DNA from: a virus
Lineage: Duplodnaviria > Heunggongvirae > Uroviricota > Caudoviricetes
Length of the DNA: 64,000 nt
IMG/VR virus record: IMGVR_UViG_2711768056_000005
Direction: 5' to 3' (one strand)
Positions 62,621 through 64,000 of this stretch are shown here, one piece after another; position 1 is the first letter of the stretch, and every line of letters starts with the position of its first letter. The notes beneath the pieces were generated by a model. The model was not told the DNA's origin, did not search any database, and worked only from the letters and a program-made list of their open reading frames with translations. The position numbers and the translations under genes are program-made.

Positions 62621-64000
62621 ATGAATGACGTTACAGTTGTTACATCAGTTACTTACCCATCGCCCGAGTCACTGGCTCTGGTGGCTGATGTGCAATACCA
62701 CGAACCATATCTGTCAGCCGCGCTAAACCGAAAATTCAGGGGAATTGTTGATCCTGGGTTTTATGCCGGTTTCCTGCCGAAGCCTGGCGGTGGTATGAAC
62801 CTGTTAATCACCTCAGTGGATGGTGATAAAACTGCTGGCGCTGCGTCAGTGGATATTGGTGAATTCTACCAGGTAACTATTCAGCACCGTAAGGATATTT
62901 CTCTTGCACTTAGTGCAGGCAAGAAATATGCAATTGTGCTGAAGGGAAGATACCTCCTTGGAGAGGATACCTATCAGGTTAATACCGCGTCACATATTCA
63001 TGCGGCTGAATTTGTTGCCAGAACCTATACCGATTCATATCAGTTAGGAGATGGAGAGCTGCTTGTTTGTACGGTGAATATCCCTGCTGGCGTATCAGCC
63101 ATTACCCAGGAGATGATTGATACATCCGAGCGTATTAACCGCACGATCGGCATTGATATTTCAGACTCTGTAACCAGTAGCAGAAGTGATGTTGCTGCAA
63201 GTTCGCTGGCAGTTAAAAAAGCCTACGATCTGGCGAAAAGCAAGTATACGGCGCAGGATGCAAGCACAACGCAAAAGGGATTAGTTCAGCTCAGTAGCGA
63301 AACTAACAGCGACAGCGAAACAATGGCGGCTACCCCTAAAGCCGTTAAGTCTGTAAAAGATCTTGCTGATACCAAAGCGCCAATAGAAAGCCCGAGTCTG
63401 ACAGGAACGCCAACCGCGCCGACGGCAGCGCAAGGTACAAATAGCACGCAGATCGCAAATACAGCCTTTGTTAAGTCAGCTATAACGGCACTTATCAACG
63501 GTGCACCTGGCACACTGGATACGCTTAAAGAAATAGCTGCTGCGATCAATAACGACCCGAATTTCAGCACAACTATCAACAATGCTCTGGCTCTTAAAGC
63601 TCCTTTAGCAAGTCCTGCATTAACGGGAATACCTACTGCTCCTACCGCTGCACAGGGTACGAATAACACGCAGATTGCTACGACCGCTTATGTAAGAGCT
63701 GCTATATCCGCATTGGTTGGTTCATCACCAGAAGCTCTTGATACCCTGAATGAGCTTGCCGCAGCACTTGGTAATGACCCTAACTTTGCGACAACAATGA
63801 CTAATGCGCTGGCAGGCAAACAGCCTCTGGATGCAACTTTAACCGCGCTTGCTGGTCTTGCTACAGGCGCAAATAAATTGCCGTACTTTACCGGTACAGA
63901 CACTGTTTCTCAGACTGACTTAACGTCAGTCGGTCGCGATATTCTGGCCAAAACAAGCGTCCTTGCTGTTATCCAATACCTTGGTTTAAGAGAACTCGGC
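62621..64000 (+). CDS. Tail fibre protein, N-terminal constant part (S-like); first 460 codons, continues past the window end
   Basis: Frame from ATG 62621 (RBS AAGGA) is open to position 64000; two copies of the phage tail-fibre repeat (SPxLTG(T/I)PTAPTAAQGTN(S/N)TQIA(N/T)TA(F/Y)V). Confidence 0.75.
   Translation, partial: MNDVTVVTSVTYPSPESLALVADVQYHEPYLSAALNRKFRGIVDPGFYAGFLPKPGGGMNLLITSVDGDKTAGAASVDIGEFYQVTIQHRKDISLALSAGKKYAIVLKGRYLLGEDTYQVNTASHIHAAEFVARTYTDSYQLGDGELLVCTVNIPAGVSAITQEMIDTSERINRTIGIDISDSVTSSRSDVAASSLAVKKAYDLAKSKYTAQDASTTQKGLVQLSSETNSDSETMAATPKAVKSVKDLADTKAPIESPSLTGTPTAPTAAQGTNSTQIANTAFVKSAITALINGAPGTLDTLKEIAAAINNDPNFSTTINNALALKAPLASPALTGIPTAPTAAQGTNNTQIATTAYVRAAISALVGSSPEALDTLNELAAALGNDPNFATTMTNALAGKQPLDATLTALAGLATGANKLPYFTGTDTVSQTDLTSVGRDILAKTSVLAVIQYLGLRELG

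Overview
This window reads as a 64-kb segment of a P1-like temperate phage-plasmid (punavirus-type) from an enterobacterial host. No searches could be run; every call rests on reading the six-frame track, on motifs I recognise, and on my recollection of P1 biology, so P1 gene names are working labels. Recognised modules, in window order: a truncated second c4/icd/ant-like immunity module (1-890); pacB-pacA terminase with TGATCA pac hexamer clusters inside pacA; lpa; pdcB/pdcA; the phd-doc toxin-antitoxin pair; humD with a LexA box shared with a divergent two-gene operon; hot; a long minus-strand block of about 30 small, translationally coupled early genes (7.6-20.8 kb) carrying two phosphatases, a PP-loop ATPase, a DxD glycosyltransferase-like protein, two paralogous Rossmann-like proteins and a VRR-NUC nuclease; a tail/baseplate module (20.9-25.7 kb); a C1-operator-headed minus-strand operon with tRNA-Asn, tRNA-Thr, a repeat-rich hairpin region, upl, plp, tRNA-Ile(CAU), the DnaB-like helicase ban and a glycosyltransferase-like gene; dmt; hrdC; a spanin-like pair; oriR-repA-incA; a T5orf172-like gene; parA-parB-parS; head and sheath genes; an AT-rich two-gene cassette; repL, kilA and the c4-icd-ant immunity region; an AT-rich lipoprotein cassette; and the tail module through sit to the R and S fibre genes, the last running off the window end. 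Thirteen matches to the C1 operator consensus ATTGCTCTAATAAATTT are listed. No rRNA, CRISPR array, insertion sequence, integrase or c1 repressor gene was found. The most notable observations are the second immunity module where I recall P1 carrying c1/coi, the tRNA-linked inverted-repeat array, and three AT-rich accessory cassettes. Hand-derived coordinates for RNAs and sites may be off by 1-2 nt.
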